Shown piece by piece: positions 18,601 through 27,274 of a stretch of 57,327 bases of DNA. Source of the stretch: a virus (Duplodnaviria; Heunggongvirae; Uroviricota; Caudoviricetes); the IMG/VR virus record IMGVR_UViG_3300034357_000765; one strand, written 5' to 3'. The notes under the pieces are model-generated. The model saw nothing but the letters and a program-made list of their open reading frames with translations, did not search any database and was not told the origin of the DNA. Position 1 is the stretch's first letter. Each line of letters opens with the position of its first letter. A program made the translations under genes and the position numbers.

Positions 18601-19856
18601 TCTGCTATCTTTAGTCTGTTCCATTTTTGTCCACCATTAGTGGTTATAAATATACTATTAAACTCACCTACTACCGCACCTCTAAGGTCGTTAAATAAAG
18701 AAACTGATGTAAGATTTGATAAAGTGTCAACCGTAACTCTTTCAATAAAGAAGTCATGCTTTCTTACTTTCAGAAGTATAGAATCATCACCACAAATCCA
18801 ATAGTGAGTTGATGTCTGAGATATACTTCTTAGGTTTACTTTGTATTTGTTGTTTATTATGTTAGATGTTCCCTGAAGACCAGATAAATTTTGAGTGTTT
18901 AAAATGACTCCAAACTCTCCTACTGAAATAGTTCTTGGAGGTATACTATAAGTTACTCCTTCTATCTGATATGATTGTGTTCCATGCTTGATAACATCAT
19001 AATAGTTTATTTCAAAAAGATTATTATAGTCAACTCTGTTTCTAAGCATCCAGTTGTGCTTCTCTACAAACTCCATAGGTTCAGAGAGACTTGATGTAGG
19101 AAAATATCCGTTCAAAAGTCTTTTTAAATGAAACTGTTTTTCGGTATTTACAGTACCCATATTCACATGCACACTATATCTCACACAATTAGAATAATCA
19201 TCTAATATCGAATCTTTAATAAGTCTTTTACCATCATAGATGTATATTCCGTTTTCACTGTTGTAGTATTCATATGTTATCGTACCACCCAAATCTTCAA
19301 TAACCTTATATTCTCCTAAAAAATAAGTAGCCGGATCTAAATCACCGGGAAGAGTATCCGAAGTCTTTTGATCCTTAACTAATACTTTATGTCCATTTCT
19401 AAGAAGGACGCCGTCTATTACAATCGCATTGGAAATTTGATTTAGATTTATTTGATCCGTTGTTGCTAAATCGACATAGTAGTAGTTATTTATAGAGTCT
19501 TTTATAAGTCTGTCCGCAGTAAATAATGTTTTTAATGTTAACCCATATTCTGCTATAAATTTAGTATAGTATTCATATGAATTAGTACTATCTATACCCA
19601 TCGCATTTTTAGTAGGAGACATCGTTTCACTATATTGTGAACCAGAAGAGTTTATATACCAGTTTCTTGGCTCCCATTCTCCTAAAATATCATAGATGTT
19701 ATCTAAATCGTTCACCGGAATGAACGTGGCACCACTAAGAATCCTAGAATAGAATCTTGTAGCCGACAACTCTTGCTTTAAAAGGTCGAATGAAGTTTTT
19801 GTAAGGTTATCGCCAGACGAAGACCATTTTCCAAAATTACTGTTGTATATCCACAT
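12654..19856 (-). CDS. giant mosaic virion/tail protein, 2400 aa
   Basis: IDGVLLRNGHKVLVKDQ...NGIY fibre-type motif, Ycf48/BNR-like propeller (ITTNGGQKW), G-x-W pentapeptide repeats, P-domain-like segments (LRSPNG; NGDWTLSIEN...LQNWEIQF). Confidence 0.65.
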   Translation of the reverse strand: MWIYNSNFGKWSSSGDNLTKTSFDLLKQELSATRFYSRILSGATFIPVNDLDNIYDILGEWEPRNWYINSSGSQYSETMSPTKNAMGIDSTNSYEYYTKFIAEYGLTLKTLFTADRLIKDSINNYYYVDLATTDQINLNQISNAIVIDGVLLRNGHKVLVKDQKTSDTLPGDLDPATYFLGEYKVIEDLGGTITYEYYNSENGIYIYDGKRLIKDSILDDYSNCVRYSVHVNMGTVNTEKQFHLKRLLNGYFPTSSLSEPMEFVEKHNWMLRNRVDYNNLFEINYYDVIKHGTQSYQIEGVTYSIPPRTISVGEFGVILNTQNLSGLQGTSNIINNKYKVNLRSISQTSTHYWICGDDSILLKVRKHDFFIERVTVDTLSNLTSVSLFNDLRGAVVGEFNSIFITTNGGQKWNRLKIADFAPYTYNKVLFTEANRFYIGGRNGVFLEMYEDQSGWTALKRRIFKEIDDDDEYLLVEGINDLYKTTINTWGLSYSFGSTQTTATTKDLMFIATNNGNLITYDMTDATDFDFLYLDFGKNYGDIRNVTRQSNTNNFYFTATDGLYSFDINNFKYIGVGNTYSNTISGTYATLKSSLWANEIFDYEENELIIAGNNSLLKTTNYGTTLNFNLLDDNFENRLKSKLLFMDYDIGAKLNWFTDQGDYRMPNSITFSTSIPFKKLANGSLSTTRSSEYLYDMGFGPIIYGATAPSMLTQSECNWLTYWVDSQKTFEYYSKYPLNEYAVSGITGSMVLISTTFSYASGALVNGAIPSKENKVKLYKGIISNDLTDIIKLAPSFDYSGTQSSRYDKLNRANITAPTDLTPIKLYLYDYLMILKVPTSQYTYNVGDVTRIESGIIDTNLIVNKTWVDGTSTYVYMYSEFNQTIITDLILNAGDTLVTSTVTITNLNRYKDIDELVYNFNLHPIGNAYKMQITGSASYLNYDLKLTPKFNNLTSYYNLATNVFLNTYKYQTSTYGNYVKDMIYTSGFLKFGYTATYNLLDYLESINKVSNGLSTFYASKEYLAMPIYKDIPLGSLGSSNIYIDSNGITQSSTTGNKIMFGEKLKLEWESILLNTFVDVSIYQPDAGGTYTTERLLVMHKYKIENIDNIGLNTYVIEFHKKINFQLNTSLNDGTIDIISRRSLLQISDDLQELNNIHKAKLSTKHIVNDTFGYNNYQSELNFKVPTDSYAKIFLSDVDTVDSLSAVMYIDYKNELAMNITRLDRDFNIPITNTVDFGGQLFITCSEKHKLSKDDGIVLEFNGGSQSSAELNQNYFGYRVVTQVYGEYDFAVDLPYGNEAFVGSDSGYVRYVKKDPFLNYQPVDLIDIGVNKRGNIAIELGVENTKLTDGKFGLVNVDFSKYRFRLVDGLNIETISLNFPWLLEAEVSGAVIGQEGSEIIWYKGIWEGGRWFGGTWISGTWKLGDWYAGTWNSKMIKDKKISVEIDKKSSDEFQSTWYTGRWFGGTWNDGTWINGRFYDGNWNAGVWNNGTWNDGTWNGGRFIGGIWVTGEWNAGIFNTDNEPAYWIDGVWNGGDFENGMWYNGSFESKNIDSRFGTKAYNSRTATWHGGKWLSGSFFSKLGTIPDVSDVHKYSIWYTGQWISGDFYGGVAYNIDFKSGTWHGGILEDIQIIGMNENNNSFILNGIFKFNIGDEFYIIDNNIENELSVLYGNNDEPKKYIVLYTMEDTINKYTEVYVATNVTDFSGRFVSYKKANTGINATFSTNSIITNTITTTGVRETIKDVKVKINLSVENKLIEKYTPVAQYKVGGPTDPLGISTWELPLGTSPGPITPSSNSNPYPTLPLFDANSSSAPKSLASVSAGWQNSSVGLPGNPGIVPNVWNKVGNVYVHSSNKKKVIGISTQFLSQVEVGSDIYLYKVDPVTPFGATIFAIPYLLGKVASIANDTELMLVNDFVPLVFSTGTGYLVSANVNKGYYFYDNVVNSTVTNFNYKFRCNTNNGSNGATTQVSFLSQNLIGVRKSDSLGVIKLQWGFTPNGYNGPGNTLANGPMVYRTNSSMIASYGNNYVAIERVLDPISLNDISTTTIATGTTYSTSDEIYGYRIEISEDHLFGSYLAQYEVGLIYQYEVVGLSPNRYYYFRVLEVKSSGIGGIRINLRSPNGQIIGLKEFNEGNDDTNMIDTVFSYDQSLSELDSGKPIYEGDFKMNLGTQSELVTPGKLYVHTSRLFLSSPATLLTNQAFFLTNGAMPGSKIYATTTTNVGGTMRYYEKYLGVAKTVTETIITLVSAANTSSFIEIGSTGTASFATGVPYGYRVDKYSAKCDKLISEDLNVRSLISKNNYADFTNLVGTTQYANGDWTLSIENTSGVNIGRLQNWEIQFGYSDVLGAQLYDETAAIDSGLRIVSRFNNANWKTGIWTNGIFNEGIFETGIWYNGVFNGTWG

Positions 19857-19860
19857 ATTT

Positions 19861-20076
19861 TTATTTCTTTACTTTTAGTTCCCATATCGCAGTCTTGCTA
19901 TCAACCAAGACACTACTTTTGACTATGTTGACCTTTGACTTTTTTAATACTCGTTTTATTTCTGCGACGAATTCCTCATATCCGTATATGTCATCCAAAT
20001 ATTCGGCGATATCTATTCTATAACTTGTAACATCAGAGAATATCAAGTCGTATATGAGTTCATCCTTAGTCTTCAC
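19861..20076 (-). CDS. hypothetical protein, 71 aa
   Basis: GTG start downstream of a TTAATATATA motif. Confidence 0.65.
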   Translation of the reverse strand: MKTKDELIYDLIFSDVTSYRIDIAEYLDDIYGYEEFVAEIKRVLKKSKVNIVKSSVLVDSKTAIWELKVKK

Positions 20077-20095
20077 CTAAAATGATATTTTTACA

Positions 20096-20105
20096 TATAT
20101 ATTAA
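20096..20105 (-). promoter_or_regulatory. phage-type promoter motif TTAATATATA
   Basis: Exact motif heading the leftward structural operon. Confidence 0.6.
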
Positions 20106-20181
20106 AAACTTTGTAGCCCATTTAATATAGGAAAGGGTAAATAGAATATTTCAATATATAATAAAAAAGAAATATTAAAAT

Positions 20182-20934
20182 ATGGCGAGAGAAAAACGGG
20201 ATTTCAAGAACGAAGTTGACGAAGGTGTGCAAGAGCACGAATATCGTAAGAACATCAGAAGGAAGAACTCTCTTTCAAAAGAGGAATTCCAAAAATGCAA
20301 TGTACAGCTTACACCAAAGCAGAATGATTTGTACAAAGGCATTAGAAACAATACACTTACCGTTGTTCACGGCCCTGCCGGAACATCTAAGACTTTTACT
20401 ACATGTTATACCGCTTTAGCTCTTTTAGCCGATAAAAAGATTGAAAAGATAATCATTACAAAACCAATACAAGAATCTGGTGAAAACTTAGGATTTCTTC
20501 CTGGATCGATGGAAGACAAACTTCATCCTTATAGACAGTCATATTATAACTCTTTCTGTAAGATAATCGGAAAACAAGCAACAGACTTTTTGTTTTCTAC
20601 TGAAGAGATTGTTTTTGAACCACTTGCTTATATGAGAGGTTCTACATATGATAACTCAATAATGCTTTTAGACGAATGTCAGAACGCAAGTATCAAACAA
20701 CTAATGCTTTGGGTAACTCGTTTAGGTAAAGATTCTAAGGCGGTCATGATGGGAGATACATCACAGTATGATGTGAAGAAAAGAGACTCTGGATATAATG
20801 ACTTCATCAAAATGGTCAATGGAATGAATGAGTTGAATCTTTTTGAGTTCCAAAACACAGATATTGTAAGAAATAAATTCTTAATAGAGATTGCGAACAG
20901 ATACGATAAGTATCGTTCAGAAAACAACGACTAA
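20182..20934 (+). CDS. phoH: PhoH-like ATPase
   Basis: GPAGTSKT, LGFLPGSMEDK, PLAYMRGSTY, LDECQN, GDTSQYD, DIVRN motifs. Confidence 0.92.
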   Translation: MAREKRDFKNEVDEGVQEHEYRKNIRRKNSLSKEEFQKCNVQLTPKQNDLYKGIRNNTLTVVHGPAGTSKTFTTCYTALALLADKKIEKIIITKPIQESGENLGFLPGSMEDKLHPYRQSYYNSFCKIIGKQATDFLFSTEEIVFEPLAYMRGSTYDNSIMLLDECQNASIKQLMLWVTRLGKDSKAVMMGDTSQYDVKKRDSGYNDFIKMVNGMNELNLFEFQNTDIVRNKFLIEIANRYDKYRSENND

Positions 20935-20965
20935 AAAAAAGCCACTCAGTTTGAGTGGCTTTTTT
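20935..20965. terminator. bidirectional intrinsic terminator (GCCACTC family, copy 1)
   Basis: AAAAGCCACTC-agttt-GAGTGGCTTTT between convergent genes. Confidence 0.85.
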
Positions 20966-20966
20966 G

Positions 20967-21935
20967 TTAGTATTGATCATCATCATCAGAATCTCCCCAA
21001 TATTCTGGCTCTTCTTCATCTGGTTCTTCTTCTTCTCTTTCGGTAGCACCATTACTTTGAATCAAAACATAGTCAAAGTTGAATCCATCAGAACTAGAGA
21101 ATCTTTTCTTATCTACGTTATAGAATTTGAAAGTATCTAAATAAGGATAGTAATCTTGTTCGGTATTTTCAAGCTTTACATACAATGACATTCTTGAATG
21201 AACTTTATCTCCTAAATCAAAATCTCTTTCAGATTTGGCAGATTGTTCCCATTTTGCAATGTATCCGTTATCTTTGGCCCAATCTTTGAAAAAATCTACA
21301 TCGTGGTCATAGAAAGAATATATTCTATCCATGAATTTATATCTTGCATCTTTATCATTGTGGTCTCTTACTCCATCCCAAAGCAAAGCTCTCGCTCTTA
21401 TTCTTTCATTATCATCAAAGAACACCAGCATCTTTATCTTATCCACATTGTCTGCGTAAAGCTTCATGAACTTGTTTCTTTCAGACTGTCTCATACAGGA
21501 GTTCCAAAGACTTCCGTATCTACAACCACCATTTATATGGTAACTATCTTCTTGATAGTATTTTAAAATATCTTTACCTTCAACAATCTTTAACTTAGAT
21601 GTATCTCTTGAAAAATAAGATTTGAAAGTATTCACAAATTTCTCAATCTGAGTATCATCAATCTCATAGTTTTTGATAGAGTATTCGTTCAAAAACTTTC
21701 TCAAAAACTTTCCAATCTTTATAGAAGTTCGACTTTTGTGCCAGACATCCTCTACTTTCTCAAACTTAGACAGAGGTAAAAAAGAAACCATGTCAATCTC
21801 TTTTTCAACTTTAGAAATAAAGTTTCCTTCCAATACAAGAAGTTTTGAATCTCCGTTCATTAGTATCTGTGCAATAACCGAACCTCTTGATGCGAACTCA
21901 AGAAATCTGTACATTTCGTTGTCAAATTTAAGCAT
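20967..21935 (-). CDS. uncharacterised phage protein (SCM / RALLW / MDRIY family), 322 aa
   Basis: Paralogous to 31037..32194; acidic C-terminal tail. Confidence 0.7.
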   Translation of the reverse strand: MLKFDNEMYRFLEFASRGSVIAQILMNGDSKLLVLEGNFISKVEKEIDMVSFLPLSKFEKVEDVWHKSRTSIKIGKFLRKFLNEYSIKNYEIDDTQIEKFVNTFKSYFSRDTSKLKIVEGKDILKYYQEDSYHINGGCRYGSLWNSCMRQSERNKFMKLYADNVDKIKMLVFFDDNERIRARALLWDGVRDHNDKDARYKFMDRIYSFYDHDVDFFKDWAKDNGYIAKWEQSAKSERDFDLGDKVHSRMSLYVKLENTEQDYYPYLDTFKFYNVDKKRFSSSDGFNFDYVLIQSNGATEREEEEPDEEEPEYWGDSDDDDQY

Positions 21936-21957
21936 GTGAAAATTTTATATATAGTTA

Positions 21958-22218
21958 ATGAAATTTATATTAGAGTTTAATTCTTATAAAAAACCAACTT
22001 ATGAAGTCGGTGATGTTGTTCTTGTTGAGTATTGGTATCTTGATGAACCGTCTTGCCCACCTTTACTACAAAGAAAGTTTCCTTACACACCGGTTAAGAT
22101 AGTCGAAAAACTTTCTAAAGTATCTTTTAAAGTTAGTCATAATGTTCCTAATTCTGAAATAAAAAACGCCCCAGACGAGATTGTCAAAACCACTGACATT
22201 ATTGATTTAGCTCGCTAA
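21958..22218 (+). CDS. small SH3/KOW-like protein, 86 aa
   Basis: YEVGDVVLVEYW strand pattern; N-terminal MKFILEFNSY motif. Confidence 0.5.
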   Translation: MKFILEFNSYKKPTYEVGDVVLVEYWYLDEPSCPPLLQRKFPYTPVKIVEKLSKVSFKVSHNVPNSEIKNAPDEIVKTTDIIDLAR

Positions 22219-23458
22219 CATACTCAACCAAATATTCATAGAACAATCTGTCGTTATAGCTAGATAAATCTAGGTACTGATGTTTTATTACTTCTAAATC
22301 ATGAATCGTTAGTTTAGATCCAACAAACTTAGACATTATCCATTCATAGTCACTTTGAGCAGTTGATACTTTTTTATCTTTTATCTCAATAAGCTCTCCA
22401 CCTTTGTCATAATATGTTTTACTATTCTTAGTTTCAATTTCTTCCCATTTATCCCAATCGCTATCCACATCTTCTACTTCATCATCCCATCCAGGATAAT
22501 CGTCGTGTGCGTATGAGCCACTATAGTCGTCATACCAATCATCGTGGTATCCATTACCTCTACTTCCACCTTTTTTAGAACTACCTCTCTTTGTACGAGA
22601 GTTGCCATATCCATAATCGATACCACCACCTTTACCAACCCAAGTGTTTCTTTTAGAAGAGCCATAAGAAGTTCCATAGTCGTAGGAAGTCGTTTTGTAC
22701 TCTGTGAACTTTGGGTCTCTTTCTGTAGGAAGATTTTCCCAATCAACTCTTAAACAAGCTTCTGCAAGTTTCTCTAAGTGAACGATATCTTGAGACTCGT
22801 TTGTTGTGTGTTCTTTGTAATAACCAACAGATATGTTAGTACACTCTGGAATGATATCTACGAACTCTGCCGAGTCAGTATAGACACCACCATCGTCTTT
22901 CTTATATGACAAACCGCTTTTGTTTAACTCTGAAGCCAAAGCATCACCAAAAGAGTCTGAGCAACATCTTGACCAAGATTGGTGAGTGATTACAGAACCA
23001 ACATCACGTCTATCGAAAGAGATTATTCTATCATATTTATCTTTAAAGTCAGATACAGATCTTGCTGCATTACCAGAACCGATACAACCAACTTCTTCAC
23101 CAATAAAGAAGTAGTATAATCCAGGAACGTTGTGTTTAATCATCCAAAGCATAGTTGTAACACCTGCTTTATCATCTGCACCTAATGTAGTAGTACCATC
23201 AGTTTTAATCATGGTTCCTTCGAAAACATGATTTACTTTTGTGTGTGTTTTTGAAACAGTATCTAAGTGGCTTGCGAAAATAGTTCTGCTTTCTCCTACC
23301 TGATAGAAGAAATTTCCGTGAACATCTTTCACGATGTCTTTAGGGAACAACCCGCATTTAATCATTTCTTTTACCAAAACGTCTTCATATCCATAAGGAT
23401 ATGTCATCGAAGTAAGTTTGATAAAAGTATTTAATATGAACTTTGTAGCTTTACCCAT
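22199..23458 (-). CDS. M28/M20-family zinc peptidase, 419 aa
   Basis: HLDT, LGADDKAG, GEEVG, SFDR, YTDS, EHT metal-ligand motifs; start moved to ATG 23458 downstream of the promoter. Confidence 0.82.
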   Translation of the reverse strand: MGKATKFILNTFIKLTSMTYPYGYEDVLVKEMIKCGLFPKDIVKDVHGNFFYQVGESRTIFASHLDTVSKTHTKVNHVFEGTMIKTDGTTTLGADDKAGVTTMLWMIKHNVPGLYYFFIGEEVGCIGSGNAARSVSDFKDKYDRIISFDRRDVGSVITHQSWSRCCSDSFGDALASELNKSGLSYKKDDGGVYTDSAEFVDIIPECTNISVGYYKEHTTNESQDIVHLEKLAEACLRVDWENLPTERDPKFTEYKTTSYDYGTSYGSSKRNTWVGKGGGIDYGYGNSRTKRGSSKKGGSRGNGYHDDWYDDYSGSYAHDDYPGWDDEVEDVDSDWDKWEEIETKNSKTYYDKGGELIEIKDKKVSTAQSDYEWIMSKFVGSKLTIHDLEVIKHQYLDLSSYNDRLFYEYLVEYVSELNQ

Positions 23459-23482
23459 CTTTATATTTATTTGTTTGTTTGA

Positions 23483-23490
23483 CAAAGATA
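23483..23490 (-). promoter_or_regulatory. Bacteroidota-type promoter -7 box TATCTTTG
   Basis: TAnnTTTG with TTTG 20 nt upstream (23511-23514). Confidence 0.7.
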
Positions 23491-23543
23491 CGGAGTTTTT
23501 TAACAAAATACAAAACATTATTATTATTATTAATATAAAATTT

Positions 23544-24422
23544 ATGATATTACATAATTTAATTAAAGAAAGTCTTTTTGACCAACTAAAAGATATAAAA
23601 ACACATGATGAAATTGTTTATGAAAAGCCCGTAACATTTCATTGTTATTGGAATAAAGAAATTGGAATAAATCAGCTATTTTCAATACTATCATGTTACT
23701 TAACAAATGTTAAGGATACAAACAATAAAATAATACTATGGGGTGAATCTGACATAGAATCTTATTTAGAAAAGCCTATCTATAAGTTATTAAGTAGATT
23801 TTGTGAAGTGAAATATTTTGATCACTTAACAGAAAGAGTTGGAACTCCATTAGAATCATATCAAATAGATAGAAATGGATATCTATCTATGCCATCATTC
23901 TATAGTGATTATCTTAGACTTATAATGCTTTACAAATATGATGGAATGTGGTTTGATTTAGATATACTTTTTTTCAAAAATTTTGACTATCTATTCTCTA
24001 AATATGATTCATTTCTATCAACATGGGAAAGAAGTAACTATCCAAATAATGCACTTTTTTGGTGTAGAGATAAAAATATTTTAAAAAGTATAATAGAAAG
24101 ATTTCTTGAATATGGTGGAGGTCATTTTGGAATGCAAGATACATTTGGTAATAGAAAGGAAAATCAAATACATTTTAGCTTAGATAGTACTTTAGAAATA
24201 AATACTCTACCCTGTGGGTGGTTTGATCCAATGTGGATTTGTGACACATGTGATTTTGACCTTTGGTTTAAAAATAATAACAATGAATATTTCTATGACG
24301 ATGCGTATTGTTATCATTGGCATAATAGAAACCATTTGTCTATTGAAAAGGACTCACCATTTCATAGAAATATAGTCAAATTAATAGAAGAGTTAGGTCT
24401 TCAAGACACTATTAAAATATAA
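23544..24422 (+). CDS. GT32-like (DXD) glycosyltransferase, 292 aa
   Basis: SDYLRLIMLYKYDGMWFDLD and terminal HWHN; start moved to ATG 23544. Confidence 0.8.
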   Translation: MILHNLIKESLFDQLKDIKTHDEIVYEKPVTFHCYWNKEIGINQLFSILSCYLTNVKDTNNKIILWGESDIESYLEKPIYKLLSRFCEVKYFDHLTERVGTPLESYQIDRNGYLSMPSFYSDYLRLIMLYKYDGMWFDLDILFFKNFDYLFSKYDSFLSTWERSNYPNNALFWCRDKNILKSIIERFLEYGGGHFGMQDTFGNRKENQIHFSLDSTLEINTLPCGWFDPMWICDTCDFDLWFKNNNNEYFYDDAYCYHWHNRNHLSIEKDSPFHRNIVKLIEELGLQDTIKI

Positions 24423-24452
24423 AGAGGGAAATAATCCTCTTATATATACTTT

Positions 24453-24543
24453 TAAGTTCGACAAACTTATGTCAGGTTATTCCGGGTAGCCTTTGAGATT
24501 TAGAAATGAATCAAGATATAAGTTAAAAATAAAAAAGAATAAA
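24453..24543 (+). promoter_or_regulatory. candidate structured 5' leader
   Basis: Hairpins TAAGTT/AACTTA (24453-24469) and TCAGGTTA/TAGCCTTTGA (24472-24496) between a TATATA motif and ATG 24544. Confidence 0.35.
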
Positions 24544-25488
24544 ATGGCAAAGAAAGCTAAAAACAACCATGTTGAAAAGCCAAGTGCATGGGTAGTCTCC
24601 AACGATAAAGGGAGAAAGTCAATCAAAAATGGCAAAGTCTATCTAAAAGACAAAGAAGAGTTTCAAATAGAACTTTTCAATCCACTAACAGACTGCGTAC
24701 TCGCAGACATCAAACTAAACGGAAATACAATATCACAAAGCGGACTGGTAATCAGACCCGGTGAAAGATTCTATCTTGATTGTTTCGTAGATGATAACAA
24801 AAAGTTTGTGTTCAATACATACGAAGTCGAAGACAATCAAAGTACAAAGGTCGCTATTTCTAAAAACGGAATGCTTGAAGTATTCTTCTACAAAGAAAAT
24901 GTAGTGAGTTTAAATAACTGGAGAAATAGATTCAACAGAGTGATAGTAGAAAGATATTATCCTGTTCACTATCCACATTATCAACCTTACTGGTATGGAG
25001 TTCCAAACGTTTATTGTGGAACAACAACCGGTGGACTTAGTGGCACAACAACCGGTGGTTATTATACAAATGGCTTGAGTAATAACATTATTGGTACTAC
25101 TACAACTAATACCACAAATCTACAGTCTATAAACTCTACATATACTGCTGGTATCAATATTTCAGATTTAGGAAATATGGCGACGACTACAAGCTATTCG
25201 ACCAATTCGATAGAGACAGGACGTGTTGAAAAAGGTAAAAAATCAAACCAAAAGTTCGAAGAGGTTGATATGGACTTTGAGAAGTTTCACATATCTTCTA
25301 TAGTTCTTCAGCTTTTACCAGAGAGTGTAAAACCAGTTGATACAAAAGATTTGAAAAAAGAAAAAGCTTCGAATCCAACAGAAGACATAATCGGTTTGAT
25401 AAAGAAACTTGCAGATTTAAACTCTGCAGGGATATTGACAGACGAAGAGTTTTCAGAAAAGAAGGCAGAGCTTCTAAATAGAATATAA
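24544..25488 (+). CDS. uncharacterised protein with C-terminal SHOCT domain, 314 aa
   Basis: IKKLADLNSAGILTDEEFSEKKAELL is a SHOCT pattern; Thr/Gly linker; start moved to ATG 24544. Confidence 0.7.
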   Translation: MAKKAKNNHVEKPSAWVVSNDKGRKSIKNGKVYLKDKEEFQIELFNPLTDCVLADIKLNGNTISQSGLVIRPGERFYLDCFVDDNKKFVFNTYEVEDNQSTKVAISKNGMLEVFFYKENVVSLNNWRNRFNRVIVERYYPVHYPHYQPYWYGVPNVYCGTTTGGLSGTTTGGYYTNGLSNNIIGTTTTNTTNLQSINSTYTAGINISDLGNMATTTSYSTNSIETGRVEKGKKSNQKFEEVDMDFEKFHISSIVLQLLPESVKPVDTKDLKKEKASNPTEDIIGLIKKLADLNSAGILTDEEFSEKKAELLNRI

Positions 25489-25492
25489 AAAG

Positions 25493-25520
25493 AAAAGCCA
25501 CTCGTTTGAGTGGCTTTTTT
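25493..25520. terminator. bidirectional intrinsic terminator (GCCACTC family, copy 2)
   Basis: AAAAGCCACTC-gttt-GAGTGGCTTTT between convergent genes. Confidence 0.85.
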
Positions 25521-27229
25521 TATTTCATTATATCATCTACATAAGATTCTATTTCTTTAAGTTTTTTCAGATCCATTTCTAAAAGAGTCGTCTTATTGTC
25601 GTTTGTTAAAGTAGAATAGTCTCCATCCATATTTTCTAGTCTTCTTATAACCATGTCGGAATCACTCACTCCATATCTTACATTTTCCGAGAAGTCTCTG
25701 AACTGTCGAGAAAGCTCAAAATCATCATCTCTCATCATTGATTCAATACTTTCAAGTTTGAATAATATCTTTTTTAAATCTTCTCCTCTAGTAATCTCTT
25801 TAGATACTATTCCTTTGGATATTTTATTACTTATTCTGAGTATAGAATCATATAAAGGTTTTAGATATTCTCTTTCTTTTAACATATCCATTGAAGCTTT
25901 TTTTGATTTATATGCATTACTCGCATTTTTTTTAGTTCTTCTATAATCACCTGCAAATTCGTTGTAGACAAATTTAATCATTTCTGGATTTTGTAGAGAA
26001 ACACTTGATATCAATCTCTTTAGTTGATATGCCAAATTATCTATAGCCCTATAATCTCGACTCATAATTGAAAAAAGTGCATATGAGTCTGATATTCCAG
26101 TAGACATTATAGTCGCTGCGACCTTCTGTAGATTCTTAAGCTCCACTGATTCTGGAGTGATTCCAATCTTCTCAACTAACTGGTTGAGATATTTCTCTAT
26201 GTTTGCTTGCTTGAAGTCTTCGTCGGACATCAAAGCGATTGCTCCTTTTCTAGTTTCTTTTCTTTCTTCGGAAGTAGCGGATTTACTTTTCAATCCTCTA
26301 CTTAGAATACCATCGACGTATAAAATAACTGCAAAGTCTGCCTCTTTTTCTATTTTATTCTTTTCATCAATGTTTCCTGACCAGTCAGAAAGAATCAACT
26401 TATTATCTTCTATCTCTTCTAAAGAAAGGTTGAATTCAAAAGGATTATTACCTTCTTCATTATCAACTTTTTCACTATAGTAAGATATTGGAGTATCGGA
26501 CTTTATGACTTTATGAAGGTTGAAATGATCGGAACCTACACCTCCATTGATACTCACAATACTCCAGGAATACTCACCCCATTCTATGTCCGGATATTCT
26601 TCTGATGGAGTATTACTTGGTTCCGATCCTTCCGCGATATCGTTGTCATGTATGACATATACGTTTCCATCCACAAATATCTTTCCACATACTAACCTAT
26701 CTACTCTAGAATCTGGATAGTCATCATATTCTTCCTCATCACAAAGACATACTATAACCTCATCACCATCTTTTAACTGATCATATTCATCATGGAGTAC
26801 AGGTATTAAATACCCAGTTTTTGGAAAGCCAAAAGTCATTGATTTTTTAATCTTATCCCATTGTGCTTTTGAATATGGTTTACTGTGATAACTACTAGTA
26901 CTTGGCACATTTGAAGTAGCAAACTTTGCGTTTCCTGTTCCTGAAGTACCGATATATTCTCCGTCTTTATCAAACCAAAATTTTATGGCCCATATTCCAG
27001 AATCATTCTTTGCTTCCGATCTAAGCGGAAGAGCCTTTCTTCTAGAAATATAAGAAACATCTTCGTCTGATATTTTGTCCATAGGAATATCAAAAGACTT
27101 TGCGATTACTTCCATGTCTTCTTTGAATTGATTAAGACTTTTATTACTAGCATTCTTTTTCTTTAGATGCTTATAAAGCTTTGAAAGCGTATTAGATGAA
27201 AACGCTTCGTATAGTTTTAGATATCTCAT
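25520..27229 (-). CDS. hypothetical protein with N-terminal capsid-targeting-like motif, 569 aa
   Basis: MRYLKLYEAF start directly after TTAATATATA. Confidence 0.7.
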   Translation of the reverse strand: MRYLKLYEAFSSNTLSKLYKHLKKKNASNKSLNQFKEDMEVIAKSFDIPMDKISDEDVSYISRRKALPLRSEAKNDSGIWAIKFWFDKDGEYIGTSGTGNAKFATSNVPSTSSYHSKPYSKAQWDKIKKSMTFGFPKTGYLIPVLHDEYDQLKDGDEVIVCLCDEEEYDDYPDSRVDRLVCGKIFVDGNVYVIHDNDIAEGSEPSNTPSEEYPDIEWGEYSWSIVSINGGVGSDHFNLHKVIKSDTPISYYSEKVDNEEGNNPFEFNLSLEEIEDNKLILSDWSGNIDEKNKIEKEADFAVILYVDGILSRGLKSKSATSEERKETRKGAIALMSDEDFKQANIEKYLNQLVEKIGITPESVELKNLQKVAATIMSTGISDSYALFSIMSRDYRAIDNLAYQLKRLISSVSLQNPEMIKFVYNEFAGDYRRTKKNASNAYKSKKASMDMLKEREYLKPLYDSILRISNKISKGIVSKEITRGEDLKKILFKLESIESMMRDDDFELSRQFRDFSENVRYGVSDSDMVIRRLENMDGDYSTLTNDNKTTLLEMDLKKLKEIESYVDDIMK

Positions 27230-27233
27230 AGCA

Positions 27234-27270
27234 TATATATTAAAAAATAGATGTCGATTTTTAATATATA
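27234..27270. promoter_or_regulatory. back-to-back phage-type promoters (TTAATATATA at 27234-27243 minus and 27261-27270 plus)
   Basis: Two exact motifs in the 45-nt gap between divergent genes. Confidence 0.65.
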
Positions 27271-27274
27271 ATGA

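Noticed and set aside
377-18804. Plus-strand ORFs antisense to the structural genes (e.g. 1872..2288, 3135..3497, 14568..15122)
   Set aside because: Shadow ORFs from codon bias of the real minus-strand genes; no promoter or start context and unnatural composition
23418-23543. Head-to-head overlap of the M28 peptidase and glycosyltransferase ORFs
   Set aside because: Artefact of upstream alternative starts; ATG 23458 and ATG 23544 leave a normal promoter-containing gap
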